64,000 nt of DNA from an uncultured Acidobacteriota bacterium (GTDB taxonomy: Bacteria; Acidobacteriota; Terriglobia; Acidiferrales; UBA7541): NCBI GenBank assembly GCA_963741045.1, contig CAVUGO010000006.1, positions 72,934 to 136,933 on the forward strand, written 5' to 3'. Both the position numbers and the translations under genes were made by a program. The first letter of the stretch is position 1; each line of letters begins with the position of its first letter. Below are positions 38,373-47,038 of this stretch, piece after piece. Below the pieces are notes generated by a model that saw only the letters and a list, made by a program, of their open reading frames with translations, did no database searches and had not been told where the DNA came from.

Positions 38373-39401
38373 CTACCAGATAATAATTCTGAACTTTGAA
38401 GTTCTGGCTGGGGCTGGGCCCTTCTCGAACCGCCGGGCATATTCGAAAACGAGTGTAGTGTCGCCCTTCGCCATCGCCTGAAACGTCCAAATTTCTTGCC
38501 CGCCTGCCCCAATGCTGCCTGAGTTGTCTTCCTCATATTTTTCGCCAAGCTGTTTGAGAATCGCCGGATCGGGTGGTTGGGCAAGGCGCCAGGAATAGCC
38601 GGTGGTGTGATTTGCTTCGAGCGGAATTGTAAACGTGTCACCGACTTTCGATTCGATTGTGCTCGGGCGTTTGCGCACGGATGGTTGTGCATCGTCTGCC
38701 TTCGGATTCGGCCGGACTCCCAAAGCGCCAACCTCGGTGAAGCGGCCGGATGAATCGAAGTCGAACGCGACTATCAGAGTGCCGACGCGCGCACAGGCAT
38801 GGCAGCCATCTTGAAGCAGATATTCAACCTGAAATTCCTGGCCGCCGTTAGCGGTGTCGGTCGCCACAGGGAGCTCGGTGTGGTAGCGGTCGGCGGGGAA
38901 AACGCTAACGTTCGGATATTTTTGCAAGACCGCGGCGTAATCGTCGTTTTTGCGCAGATCTTCTTGCGATAGAAATTTGTAGTCGTCAACGTCGATGATG
39001 CGTGGTGTGCCATTCACAAGAAGAACGCCATCCAGATCATTGGCGCGAAAAAGATACTCGATGTATGCGATATCCACGCGGCCGGTATCGCGGAAAGCGC
39101 GAACGTAGGACAGGCCGTTGGCCGCAAACTCTTTCACGAACGCCATCGCCTCATCGGAGGCGCCGGCTGATTTCATGGCCTCTAGAAAGCAGGCTTCGTG
39201 CTGCGCGGGATCGCCTTCGGTGCACTTGCGTCGAATGTCGGACAGCACATCCGAGGCGGGAGTCCAAACCGCCTTCGCGGTGATTCGAGATGACGCATCG
39301 GCGGCAGCACTTGTAGTAGCAGCGGGCGGGGGCACAGCAGAAATAAACAATCCGAACGCTGAAATGCAAAGCACCGCGGCTGCCAGGTTTGCGCGAATCA
39401 T
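38373..39401 (-). CDS. Secreted protein with C-terminal chagasin/I42 cysteine-peptidase-inhibitor domain
   Basis: Signal peptide. C-terminal TFTIPLEANHTTGYSWRL...GAGGQEIWTFQAMAKGDTTLVFEYARRFEKG matches the I42 NPTTGY-W pattern. Confidence 0.65.
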   Translation of the reverse strand: MIRANLAAAVLCISAFGLFISAVPPPAATTSAAADASSRITAKAVWTPASDVLSDIRRKCTEGDPAQHEACFLEAMKSAGASDEAMAFVKEFAANGLSYVRAFRDTGRVDIAYIEYLFRANDLDGVLLVNGTPRIIDVDDYKFLSQEDLRKNDDYAAVLQKYPNVSVFPADRYHTELPVATDTANGGQEFQVEYLLQDGCHACARVGTLIVAFDFDSSGRFTEVGALGVRPNPKADDAQPSVRKRPSTIESKVGDTFTIPLEANHTTGYSWRLAQPPDPAILKQLGEKYEEDNSGSIGAGGQEIWTFQAMAKGDTTLVFEYARRFEKGPAPARTSKFRIIIW

Positions 39402-39476
39402 ATGACTTCTCAGTGATGATTTCTCAGCGGCGAGACGGACACAGAAAAAGCTGCGTACCAGCTCCCCAATGGAAAA

Positions 39477-40427
39477 TTATTCGGAGGCGCCGGCCGGCAC
39501 GAAGACGCGCAAGGGCGCCGAGAAATCAACATCGCGCAATTCGGTACGGATACGGATGGTTCGCATCTCGCCGTTCTTCTTCTTGCTGCGCGGCGTTTCA
39601 AACTTCAGCCAATACTGATTATTGAGCACGACGTTCAGCTGGTCGAGGAATGGGGCGAAAGAAATAGGAGTCTGCAGGCCCTGGAAAAAAGCTTCGCCGC
39701 CGGTGCTGTCCGCCATTTTGGCCAGATTGCTCTGCCCATAATTCACCTGGAACATGTTGCGGCTGAAGCGGCCCACGCCGGTGGCATACAGAGTGTGAAT
39801 CATAACGCCGGCTTTCTGTGCCCGCTCAATCGTCGAATCGACATCGGGGCTGAACGGATCACCGCGGAAGCGATCGATGCCGTCGGCAATCAGCAGAACT
39901 TCCCGGCGCGCTCCTGTAACGGGCCAGCGCTTGAACAAATCCATCAAGGAGAGATAAATGCTGGAATACGCGGCAATATTCCCCAACGGCATGCGAACAC
40001 TCTTCGCAACGGCCTCATGGTCCGTGCTGAACTGCGAGGCCGCCTGGACGGTGCCATTGCTTGCGTAGAAAACTCCGACCCCACAGGATTTGGGCTGGCT
40101 CTTGATGAAACTGTTGATGTCGCTGATTTGATTGCCGATGTCGATGCGATCCGAGTCATCAATGACGATAGCCAGCTCGAGACTGGCTTTGTCGCCCTGC
40201 GCGGGAACCCAGGCGATGACGTTCTGTTTGTCCTTACCCGAGTAGACCGAGATATCGCTCTGGCTGATCGCGGGCGGCGCCGTGTATTTCGGGCCGAGCG
40301 CGGTAACCACGGTGGTGATGGGAACCGTGCCGGCCCCCGATTCTTTCTGCGCTTGCGCGGAAACTGTGGGGAGAAAAATGGAAATTGCGGCGAGCAGGAT
40401 TCCGAATTTGCGAGACGACGTGACCAT
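39477..40427 (-). CDS. VWA-domain protein (VWFA-related acidobacterial-domain type), paralogue A
   Basis: Trimmed to the GAGGAGG-preceded ATG 40427. Signal peptide, LAIVIDDSDR beta1 strand, REVLLIADGIDR and GVMIHTLYA. Confidence 0.7.
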   Translation of the reverse strand: MVTSSRKFGILLAAISIFLPTVSAQAQKESGAGTVPITTVVTALGPKYTAPPAISQSDISVYSGKDKQNVIAWVPAQGDKASLELAIVIDDSDRIDIGNQISDINSFIKSQPKSCGVGVFYASNGTVQAASQFSTDHEAVAKSVRMPLGNIAAYSSIYLSLMDLFKRWPVTGARREVLLIADGIDRFRGDPFSPDVDSTIERAQKAGVMIHTLYATGVGRFSRNMFQVNYGQSNLAKMADSTGGEAFFQGLQTPISFAPFLDQLNVVLNNQYWLKFETPRSKKKNGEMRTIRIRTELRDVDFSAPLRVFVPAGASE

Positions 40428-40559
40428 CAAAGCCTCCTCAGAGGGAATGTTACAAGCCATGTTTCCGCGCGATTGGGAGTGGACTGCGAAACGACGCCCA
40501 GAGCCAATAAGGTAAGAGGCCCGGCTCGGTCTGTCAAGGATTGGAAATCGAGCGCCGCT

Positions 40560-41522
40560 CTATTTTTCGGCGCCTGGAACGAAGACCCTATCGGCGGCTT
40601 TGATCTCGACGTCGCGCCGCTCGGTCAAAACCTTAATGCCTCGATACTCTCCCTTGCCGTTCTTACTTCGATTCGTAGCAAAAGTGAGGAAATATTGATT
40701 TTTCAGGATCAGGCCTAGCTGCGTCAGGTAGGGTGCCGCCGAGAGCGGCGCAGTATTCACGCGCGGCGTATCGCTGGCGAAGGTCACGTACCCGCCGGTT
40801 CCGTCGGTTATCTGGTTGAGATTCCCCTGCCCAACACTCACGACACGCTTGCTGATGCCAGCGCGCCCTGCCGAAGCGGCGTATATCGCATGGATCACGA
40901 TTCCGGCTTGCTGCGCCTTGTCGATCGTGAGTTGAACGTCCGGACTAAAGCGATCCCCGCGCAGATAGTCGTATCCATCGCTGAACAACAAAATCTCGCG
41001 GCGCGCGCCCGTTACCGGCCAACCGGCGATCAACTGCATCAGGGATTGATAGATGCTCGAAGCAGCGCCGTAATTCGAGCTGGGCACCCGGAGGGTCTTG
41101 GCAACCGCGGCAAGGTCCGGACTGAAATTCGTTGCGACCTGAATCGTACCGCTGCTCGCATAGAACACTCTGACATACGTCGAAGGAGGCTGCGACGTTA
41201 TGAATTCCGACAGCGGCCTAAGCTGGGTCCCGAAACTCTTACGCAATGAATCGTCGATAACAATCGCGAGCTGGAGACCGGCTCGATCACCTTGCGCGGG
41301 AATCCAATTTAAGACTTCTCTCCGTACCTGACCTTCTCGAACGGTTACGTCTTCTTTGCTCAATACGGGGGGAGGGGCTGAGCTTTTTCCGAGCACGGTG
41401 ACAACAGTGGTAATCGGGACGGTATCGGGCGAAGTTGCCTGTGGACTTGTCAGTGCGGGCAGCAACCCGACTAGAAAAGCCATTAGTACAACCGATAGAC
41501 CGCCGGCAAGACGTCTAGGCAT
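40560..41522 (-). CDS. VWA-domain protein, paralogue B
   Basis: Trimmed to the GGAGGGAGG-preceded ATG 41522. Collinear with paralogue A (LAIVIDDSLR, REILLFSDGYDY, GIVIHAIYA). Confidence 0.7.
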   Translation of the reverse strand: MPRRLAGGLSVVLMAFLVGLLPALTSPQATSPDTVPITTVVTVLGKSSAPPPVLSKEDVTVREGQVRREVLNWIPAQGDRAGLQLAIVIDDSLRKSFGTQLRPLSEFITSQPPSTYVRVFYASSGTIQVATNFSPDLAAVAKTLRVPSSNYGAASSIYQSLMQLIAGWPVTGARREILLFSDGYDYLRGDRFSPDVQLTIDKAQQAGIVIHAIYAASAGRAGISKRVVSVGQGNLNQITDGTGGYVTFASDTPRVNTAPLSAAPYLTQLGLILKNQYFLTFATNRSKNGKGEYRGIKVLTERRDVEIKAADRVFVPGAEK

Positions 41523-41675
41523 CGTACCTCCCTCCTGCGTCAATTAATGTTTGGAATAACAGATGCTGGGCAACTGTAGTGACGGCAGCAGGTTATGTCA
41601 AGACGGACGGCACGGGCGGCCGCGACATGCGCCCCGGAAGTTAGCCAGCGGAACACGGCCCTTGGGACTTGCGTT

Positions 41676-42119
41676 CTAGTAAGTGAGCGTAAGACGTTTG
41701 CGGCGCTCCACCCACTCTTGGCTGGCGAAAATTCGTGGAGTAAGCTCGATCAGGCGCGGAAGCATATTGAAAACGGCCACCGGGCCCCATTCCCCATCCT
41801 TGCGCGTGCGATAGCCCTTGCGGGTAAGTTCCTCGGCAACCTTGGTCAGCGAAATATCCTGGATGATGAGCTCCATCATAGAGAGCAGGAATTGCATCTC
41901 GTCAGGATTTTCTTCCAGGTGATCGCAGTCCCCTCCTACGCGCACACCGTACGGAGGATCTTCGAGGCGCGGCTCGCGCTCGCCCGGGACGACCGAAGCT
42001 TCGGCTTCGCGTTCCCATTCCAAGCCGACCAGCCGCCATCCAGCTTTTTCGCGCTGCTTCACATACTCCGGGTCAAGCGAACCTTCAAGCGACTCACGAA
42101 CGCGTTCGAGTTTTGCCAC
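41676..42119 (-). CDS. Small hypothetical protein with recombinase-like helix-turn-helix segment
   Basis: ISLTKVAEELTRKGYRTRKDGEWGPVAVFNML resembles the DNA-binding recombinase domain of large serine recombinases. No catalytic resolvase domain is present. Confidence 0.35.
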   Translation of the reverse strand: MAKLERVRESLEGSLDPEYVKQREKAGWRLVGLEWEREAEASVVPGEREPRLEDPPYGVRVGGDCDHLEENPDEMQFLLSMMELIIQDISLTKVAEELTRKGYRTRKDGEWGPVAVFNMLPRLIELTPRIFASQEWVERRKRLTLTY

Positions 42120-42179
42120 GGCTCCTCCTCGTCATCGACCACGGATGAATCGACCGCAAATCAAACCGCCGGACATCTT

Positions 42180-44681
42180 CTATTCGTACCGCAATGCAAT
42201 GATGGGATCCACGCGCATGGCGCGACGAGCAGGCAGGTAGCATGCAAGCATCGCGACCAGCGCCAGGACGACAGGAACCGCAATAAACGTTACCGGGTCC
42301 GTCGCACTGACGCCGAACAGCAAGCTCGCCAGCGCGCGCGTTACCAAAAGCGATGCCAGCAGGCCGAAAGCCGCTCCAATCAGCGTCAATCGAATGCCCT
42401 GACCCAGGACCAATCGTAGAATATCGCGCGGCGAAGCACCCACCGCGATTCGGATTCCGAGCTCGTGCGAGCGCTGGGTCACCGAATACGCCATCACGCT
42501 ATAGAGGCCTACCGACGCAAGCGCCAACGCAATGGCTCCAAAGATGGCGATGAGGATCAAGTTGAATCGCATTGGCGCCCGGGCATCGTCGATATAACTC
42601 TCCAAAGGTTGCAGATTCCGAATCGCGATCTGAGGATCAAGTGTCCTCACTTGCTGTTCGACTTGCTTTATGACTGCGCCCGGATCTCCTGTCGTCTTCA
42701 GTACCACGCCCACCTGACCGAACGGTTCCTGCGCGTGCGGAATGAAGATCTGCTCACGAACGTTGCGGGTGAGATCGTGGATGCGCAAATGCGCCACGAC
42801 TCCCACAACAATGGCAAACAGCCGAGGATTGTCTTTCCTGCTCAATGACTCAATTTCAAGTTTCTTGCCGATCGCGCTCTCGCCCGGCCACGCGCGACGC
42901 GCGAGCATATCGTCAACAATCACAACGATTGGATGATTTGCATCATCGGCGTCGGTAAAATTGCGGCCCGCGAGAAAACGAGCTCCGACCGTCGGAAAAA
43001 ACCCGGGCGTAATGGGTCTCCAGTCAGCGGAGAGGCTTTCCCACTTCTGCGAGGTCTCGGGGTTATACGCGTAGGGCATCTGCGCACCGCTTCCGGTGAA
43101 GGGCAGTTGAAAAATTGAGCCGACCGACTGGACACCGGGCAGCGCGCCCATTTTCAATTCGAGTTCGTGAACGAAGCGGCTGATGTCTTCATTCTTGGGA
43201 TAACGATTGCCAGGAATCGATACGCTGAAAGACACGACGCTGTGCGCATTGAAACCGGGTTGAACGCGTTGCAGAGCGACAAAGCTGCGAATCAGCAATC
43301 CCGCGCCGATCAGAAGCACGAGTGACAATGCGAACTCGCTTATCACGAGCAGACGGCGAGCGCTGTTCCCGCGCCCATCGCTCGATCCCCGCGCAGCATC
43401 TTTCAGAGTGTCGCTGAGATTGAGCCGGAGCGCCTGCACGGCAGGAATCCATCCGAACAGAAGCGCCGTCAGCACGCACGCGCCAAGGGTAAAGGCCAGC
43501 ACCGCGCCGTCGATGCAAATGTCGTCCAGCCTCGGCAATCCTGCCGGGTGAAGCTGAATCAGCAAACTCAGGCCGAGCTGCGCCACCAGCAACCCGCCCA
43601 GGCTTCCGAGAATCGCGAGCAGCACGCTCTCGCTCATAATCTGCCGCATCAGGCGGCCGCGCGATGCTCCCAGCGCAGAACGCACCGCCATTTCCCGTTC
43701 GCGACGAGTGGCTCGCGCGAGGAGAAGATTTGCGACGTTGCCGCAGGCGATCAAAAGCACGAAGCCAACCGCGGCGAGAAGGGTGATAAGCGTCGGCCGA
43801 ACATTCTTCACCACATCGAATTGCATTGGGACCACACGAATGCGCAGACCGGATTCCTTGTGAACTTCGTTTTCATTGCGCAACTGCTCGGCGATGCCAT
43901 CCATCTCGGCCTGCGCCTGCGCCATCGTTACACCGGGTTTCAATCGGCCAAATACACTTAGAAAGGTCAAGTTACGCTGAAATGCGGCGTAGTCGAGTTG
44001 CTGCGGTACCCAGAGGTCGGAATCGTGAATACGGAACGCTTCCGCCGGGAGCAGCAACCGAAACTGCGGCGCAAGGATTCCTACGACGGTGTAGGGGTTG
44101 CCATTCAGTTGAATCGAGCGGCCGATCATTCCGGGATCCGAATGAAAAGTGTTCCGCCAGAGACGGTTGCTCAGCATCACCACTTTGGGACCGTGGAGCG
44201 CTCCCTCCTCCTCGGTGAAATTCCGACCGAGAACCGGCTCGACGCCGAGAAGTGGAAAGAAATTGGGCGTAACAAACGCCATCTCGAATTGTTGCGGCCG
44301 ATTTCCTGCGCCCCCCGGATCGTCGAGTACGAGCGTGCCTCCGCCACTGGGACTGGCTGAAGCAAAATCCATCAGGCGCGATCGCTCGCGGTAATCCTTG
44401 AAATCCGGAGGCGAGACCGCTGGCAACGACTGGCCTTGATTGCCGTAGTCGTTCCAAATGATGGCAAGGCTCGAGGGGTCGCGATAGGGCATGCTGCGCA
44501 GGAGGACGCCGTTGACGACGCTGAAAATCGCAGTATTTGCGCCGATGCCGAGCGAGAGAGTGAGTACGGCGACGGCCGTGAATGCAGGGCTTTTCCGCAG
44601 CATCCGGGCGCCGAAAACTAGGTCCTGCCAGAGCGTTCCCACGAGACACCTCCGCGAACATCGCCCCAGGCTGCGAGGCAT
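42180..44681 (-). CDS. ADOP-type duplicated ABC permease (MacB-like periplasmic domain + FtsX, twice)
   Basis: 833 aa. N-terminus LWQDLVFGARMLRKSPAFTAVAVLTLSLGIGANTAIFS. There are two FtsX-like 4-TM modules, each preceded by a large periplasmic domain. Confidence 0.8.
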   Translation of the reverse strand: MPRSLGRCSRRCLVGTLWQDLVFGARMLRKSPAFTAVAVLTLSLGIGANTAIFSVVNGVLLRSMPYRDPSSLAIIWNDYGNQGQSLPAVSPPDFKDYRERSRLMDFASASPSGGGTLVLDDPGGAGNRPQQFEMAFVTPNFFPLLGVEPVLGRNFTEEEGALHGPKVVMLSNRLWRNTFHSDPGMIGRSIQLNGNPYTVVGILAPQFRLLLPAEAFRIHDSDLWVPQQLDYAAFQRNLTFLSVFGRLKPGVTMAQAQAEMDGIAEQLRNENEVHKESGLRIRVVPMQFDVVKNVRPTLITLLAAVGFVLLIACGNVANLLLARATRREREMAVRSALGASRGRLMRQIMSESVLLAILGSLGGLLVAQLGLSLLIQLHPAGLPRLDDICIDGAVLAFTLGACVLTALLFGWIPAVQALRLNLSDTLKDAARGSSDGRGNSARRLLVISEFALSLVLLIGAGLLIRSFVALQRVQPGFNAHSVVSFSVSIPGNRYPKNEDISRFVHELELKMGALPGVQSVGSIFQLPFTGSGAQMPYAYNPETSQKWESLSADWRPITPGFFPTVGARFLAGRNFTDADDANHPIVVIVDDMLARRAWPGESAIGKKLEIESLSRKDNPRLFAIVVGVVAHLRIHDLTRNVREQIFIPHAQEPFGQVGVVLKTTGDPGAVIKQVEQQVRTLDPQIAIRNLQPLESYIDDARAPMRFNLILIAIFGAIALALASVGLYSVMAYSVTQRSHELGIRIAVGASPRDILRLVLGQGIRLTLIGAAFGLLASLLVTRALASLLFGVSATDPVTFIAVPVVLALVAMLACYLPARRAMRVDPIIALRYE

Positions 44682-44826
44682 GTTCGTTGCCTCTCGAATG
44701 GCGACTGGAAATAGCTGATTGGCTTCGAGTTAGCTTGATGCGAGTGTCGGAAAGCTGAATTTGGCTGACCAGTTCTGGGATGGCGTGTCGCTCAATCGAA
44801 CAGCGGGAAGCAGCGGCTGCCAGGGC

Positions 44827-45636
44827 TCAGCGCGGCGTCCACTGCGGATGGCTCGTGAATAGTCCGTTCACAAAACCAATTTCGTACACAAGAAAAAGAC
44901 CGAACGCGATGCTAATCAGGCCCGACGCAACGCGCAATCCGTGGTTAAGCCGCGCGAAGCGGTTGTCGGCGTAAGCAAAGGGAATCACCATCGCTCCGGT
45001 GATCAGCATCATTCCCGCAATCGTGCCAACTCCAAAAACCAGCAGATAGGCCACTGCCCATTTCGGATTGCGAATCGTCGTGAGAACCAAAAGCGCCACC
45101 GCCGCCGACCCGGCAAGCCCGTGGACCAGACCCACGACCAGCGGCCGCACAACCTGATACAAGCCAATCTGACCGAAGTGGCGATCGAACCAGCCGAGCG
45201 GAGTTTGCGTTGCAGCATGGGGATGAGCATCAGGATTGTGCTGGTGCGGGTGAGTATGGACGTAATCGCCGTGAGCGTGCGGATGAGAGTGGCCGGCCCC
45301 CGATGTTGCGACGCCGCCGGAAAAGGCGTTAGTGATCCACTGGAGCATCCCGGTGAAATTCAAAACGCCCAGAAGAATCAGCATCAGGCCCACGGAAAAT
45401 TCCATCGAGAGGCCAATACGTGCGGGAATCACCCAGCCGAAAAGAATGATTCCGCTTCCCACCGCAAAAATCGTCAGCGTATGCCCGATACCCCAGAACG
45501 CGCCAATCATGGCGGCGTGGCCCACTTTTTTGTAGCGCGAGACGATCGTCGTGACAGCGATCACGTGATCCGGATCAGTGGCGTGGCGCATCCCGAGAAA
45601 GAAGCCGAGCGCGACGATGGAGAGCAAGCCGATCAT
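44827..45636 (-). CDS. NicO/RcnA-like nickel-cobalt transporter family protein with His-rich loop
   Basis: GMRHATDPDHVIAV and GLVHGLAGSAAV signature helices. Central loop GAGHSHPHAHGDYVHTHPHQHNPDAHPHAA. Confidence 0.6.
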   Translation of the reverse strand: MIGLLSIVALGFFLGMRHATDPDHVIAVTTIVSRYKKVGHAAMIGAFWGIGHTLTIFAVGSGIILFGWVIPARIGLSMEFSVGLMLILLGVLNFTGMLQWITNAFSGGVATSGAGHSHPHAHGDYVHTHPHQHNPDAHPHAATQTPLGWFDRHFGQIGLYQVVRPLVVGLVHGLAGSAAVALLVLTTIRNPKWAVAYLLVFGVGTIAGMMLITGAMVIPFAYADNRFARLNHGLRVASGLISIAFGLFLVYEIGFVNGLFTSHPQWTPR

Positions 45637-45703
45637 TTTTCTTTGGAGATTTTAGATGAGCTGAATTCGATGCGAGCAGGCTTGGACTGGCTCGCCAACT
45701 CGC

Positions 45704-46381
45704 TCACGCACCTTTCGCAAGCGACCATTCCACCGCATGCTGCACCAACTCGCGCGCATTACGCAGCGCCATTTTCTCTTTTATATGCGCCTGGTAGGAC
45801 TCGACCGTTTTCGTGCTGACGTGCAGTTCATCGGCTATCTGGCGCGTCCCATGGCCGGCGCCGATCAGCCGGAAAACTTCCAGCTCGCGGTCGCTCAACT
45901 TCGCGAGCGGGTCGCGCGGCGAAATAGAGCCGTTCACAAATTGCTGCAGCATCCGTTTCGTCAGGTTGTCGCTCAGATAGACGTCTCCGCCAAGAATGTG
46001 GCGAATCGCCGTAATCACCTTATCGGCGGCTTCCTGTTTCATGATGTAGCCGTTCGCGCCGGCACGCAAAGCCCGCTCCGCGTACACAGATTCATCATGC
46101 ATAGATAAAACGAGCGCTGGTAAATTCGGATATCGCACGCGCAGTGTCTTCAGCAGCTCCAGACCATCCGGCCCATTCAGCGAAATGTCTAAAATCACGA
46201 AGTCCGGCGCCGCATCTCGAATCGCCTGCAGCGCCGAGGTCGCGTCTTCCGCCTCCCCGCACACCATCAGGTCCGGTTCCCGCTCGATGAACAATGCCAA
46301 TCCCTGCCGCACGATCGGGTGATCGTCCACAAGAAAAACTTTGCATTTGGGTGCCGAAGGATTCAGACGTGTCCTGCTCAT
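45704..46381 (-). CDS. NarL/LuxR-family response regulator
   Basis: REC domain (KVFLVDDHPIV, DFVILDISLNG, MHD..K) plus a C-terminal LuxR HTH (LSDRELEVFRLIGAGHGTRQIADELHVSTKTVESY). Confidence 0.85.
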   Translation of the reverse strand: MSRTRLNPSAPKCKVFLVDDHPIVRQGLALFIEREPDLMVCGEAEDATSALQAIRDAAPDFVILDISLNGPDGLELLKTLRVRYPNLPALVLSMHDESVYAERALRAGANGYIMKQEAADKVITAIRHILGGDVYLSDNLTKRMLQQFVNGSISPRDPLAKLSDRELEVFRLIGAGHGTRQIADELHVSTKTVESYQAHIKEKMALRNARELVQHAVEWSLAKGA

Positions 46382-46547
46382 CCCATTTCCTTGCTCAAGC
46401 CACTCTTCTGTTTATCACGCAGGGGCACCCAACGGAAAGGATTACTCTTTTGCTTGCTGGATTCCACGCTTGGTTCGACAAAGCGTCAGCCACAGCTAGG
46501 CACAATCTTCAGCGGATGATAAAATATTGCGTACTGTCAATGACGAA

Positions 46548-46624
46548 GGGCCTGTAGCTCAGGTGGCTAGAGCGCACCCCTGATAAGGGTGAGGTCGGTG
46601 GTTCAAGTCCACCCAGGCCCACCA
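46548..46624 (+). tRNA. tRNA-Ile (anticodon GAT), CCA encoded
   Basis: Cloverleaf by hand: acceptor GGGCCTG/CAGGCCC, D arm GCTC/GAGC, anticodon stem CACCC/GGGTG with loop CTGATAA, T arm GGTGG-TTCAAGT-CCACC, 3' ACCA. Confidence 0.95.
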
Positions 46625-46736
46625 GCCTTCGCTCAGCGTAGCAGAGCGGAGGCTGCCGCGCCGTAGCGATTTATGCGGAGGCGGGTCTCCGCATCTACAA
46701 GCTTCGGCTCGGCGAGCCAACCGAGGCCGGATTTTC

Positions 46737-46976
46737 ATGACCTGCGTCTGCATCCTTCAAAGCACCGCAAATCCAGACCGCCACTACGTCGGAGCTACAA
46801 CCGACTTACGCGCTCGCTTGCAAAAGCACAATGCAGGCGAGGTGTCGCACACGTCGAAACACTTGCCTTGGACCATGAAAACCTATATCGCCTTCACTGA
46901 TAAGGACCGCGCCTTCGCATTCGAAAAATACCTCAAGCCCGGTTCGGGCAGAGCCTTTACGAAAAAGCGTCTTTGA
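46737..46976 (+). CDS. GIY-YIG domain protein (UPF0213-like)
   Basis: 79 aa. CVCILQSTANPDRHYVGATTDLRARLQKHN...KYLK is the GIY-YIG core (here RHYVG..R..H.). Confidence 0.7.
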   Translation: MTCVCILQSTANPDRHYVGATTDLRARLQKHNAGEVSHTSKHLPWTMKTYIAFTDKDRAFAFEKYLKPGSGRAFTKKRL

Positions 46977-47038
46977 TCGCACCAAGGAACTCAAGTCCGC
47001 AATTTCACATACAGTTGAATCAAACACCCCCGCGACCC

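Noticed and set aside
46559-46753. 64-aa ORF on the - strand
   Set aside because: It overlaps the tRNA-Ile gene on the opposite strand and is spurious.
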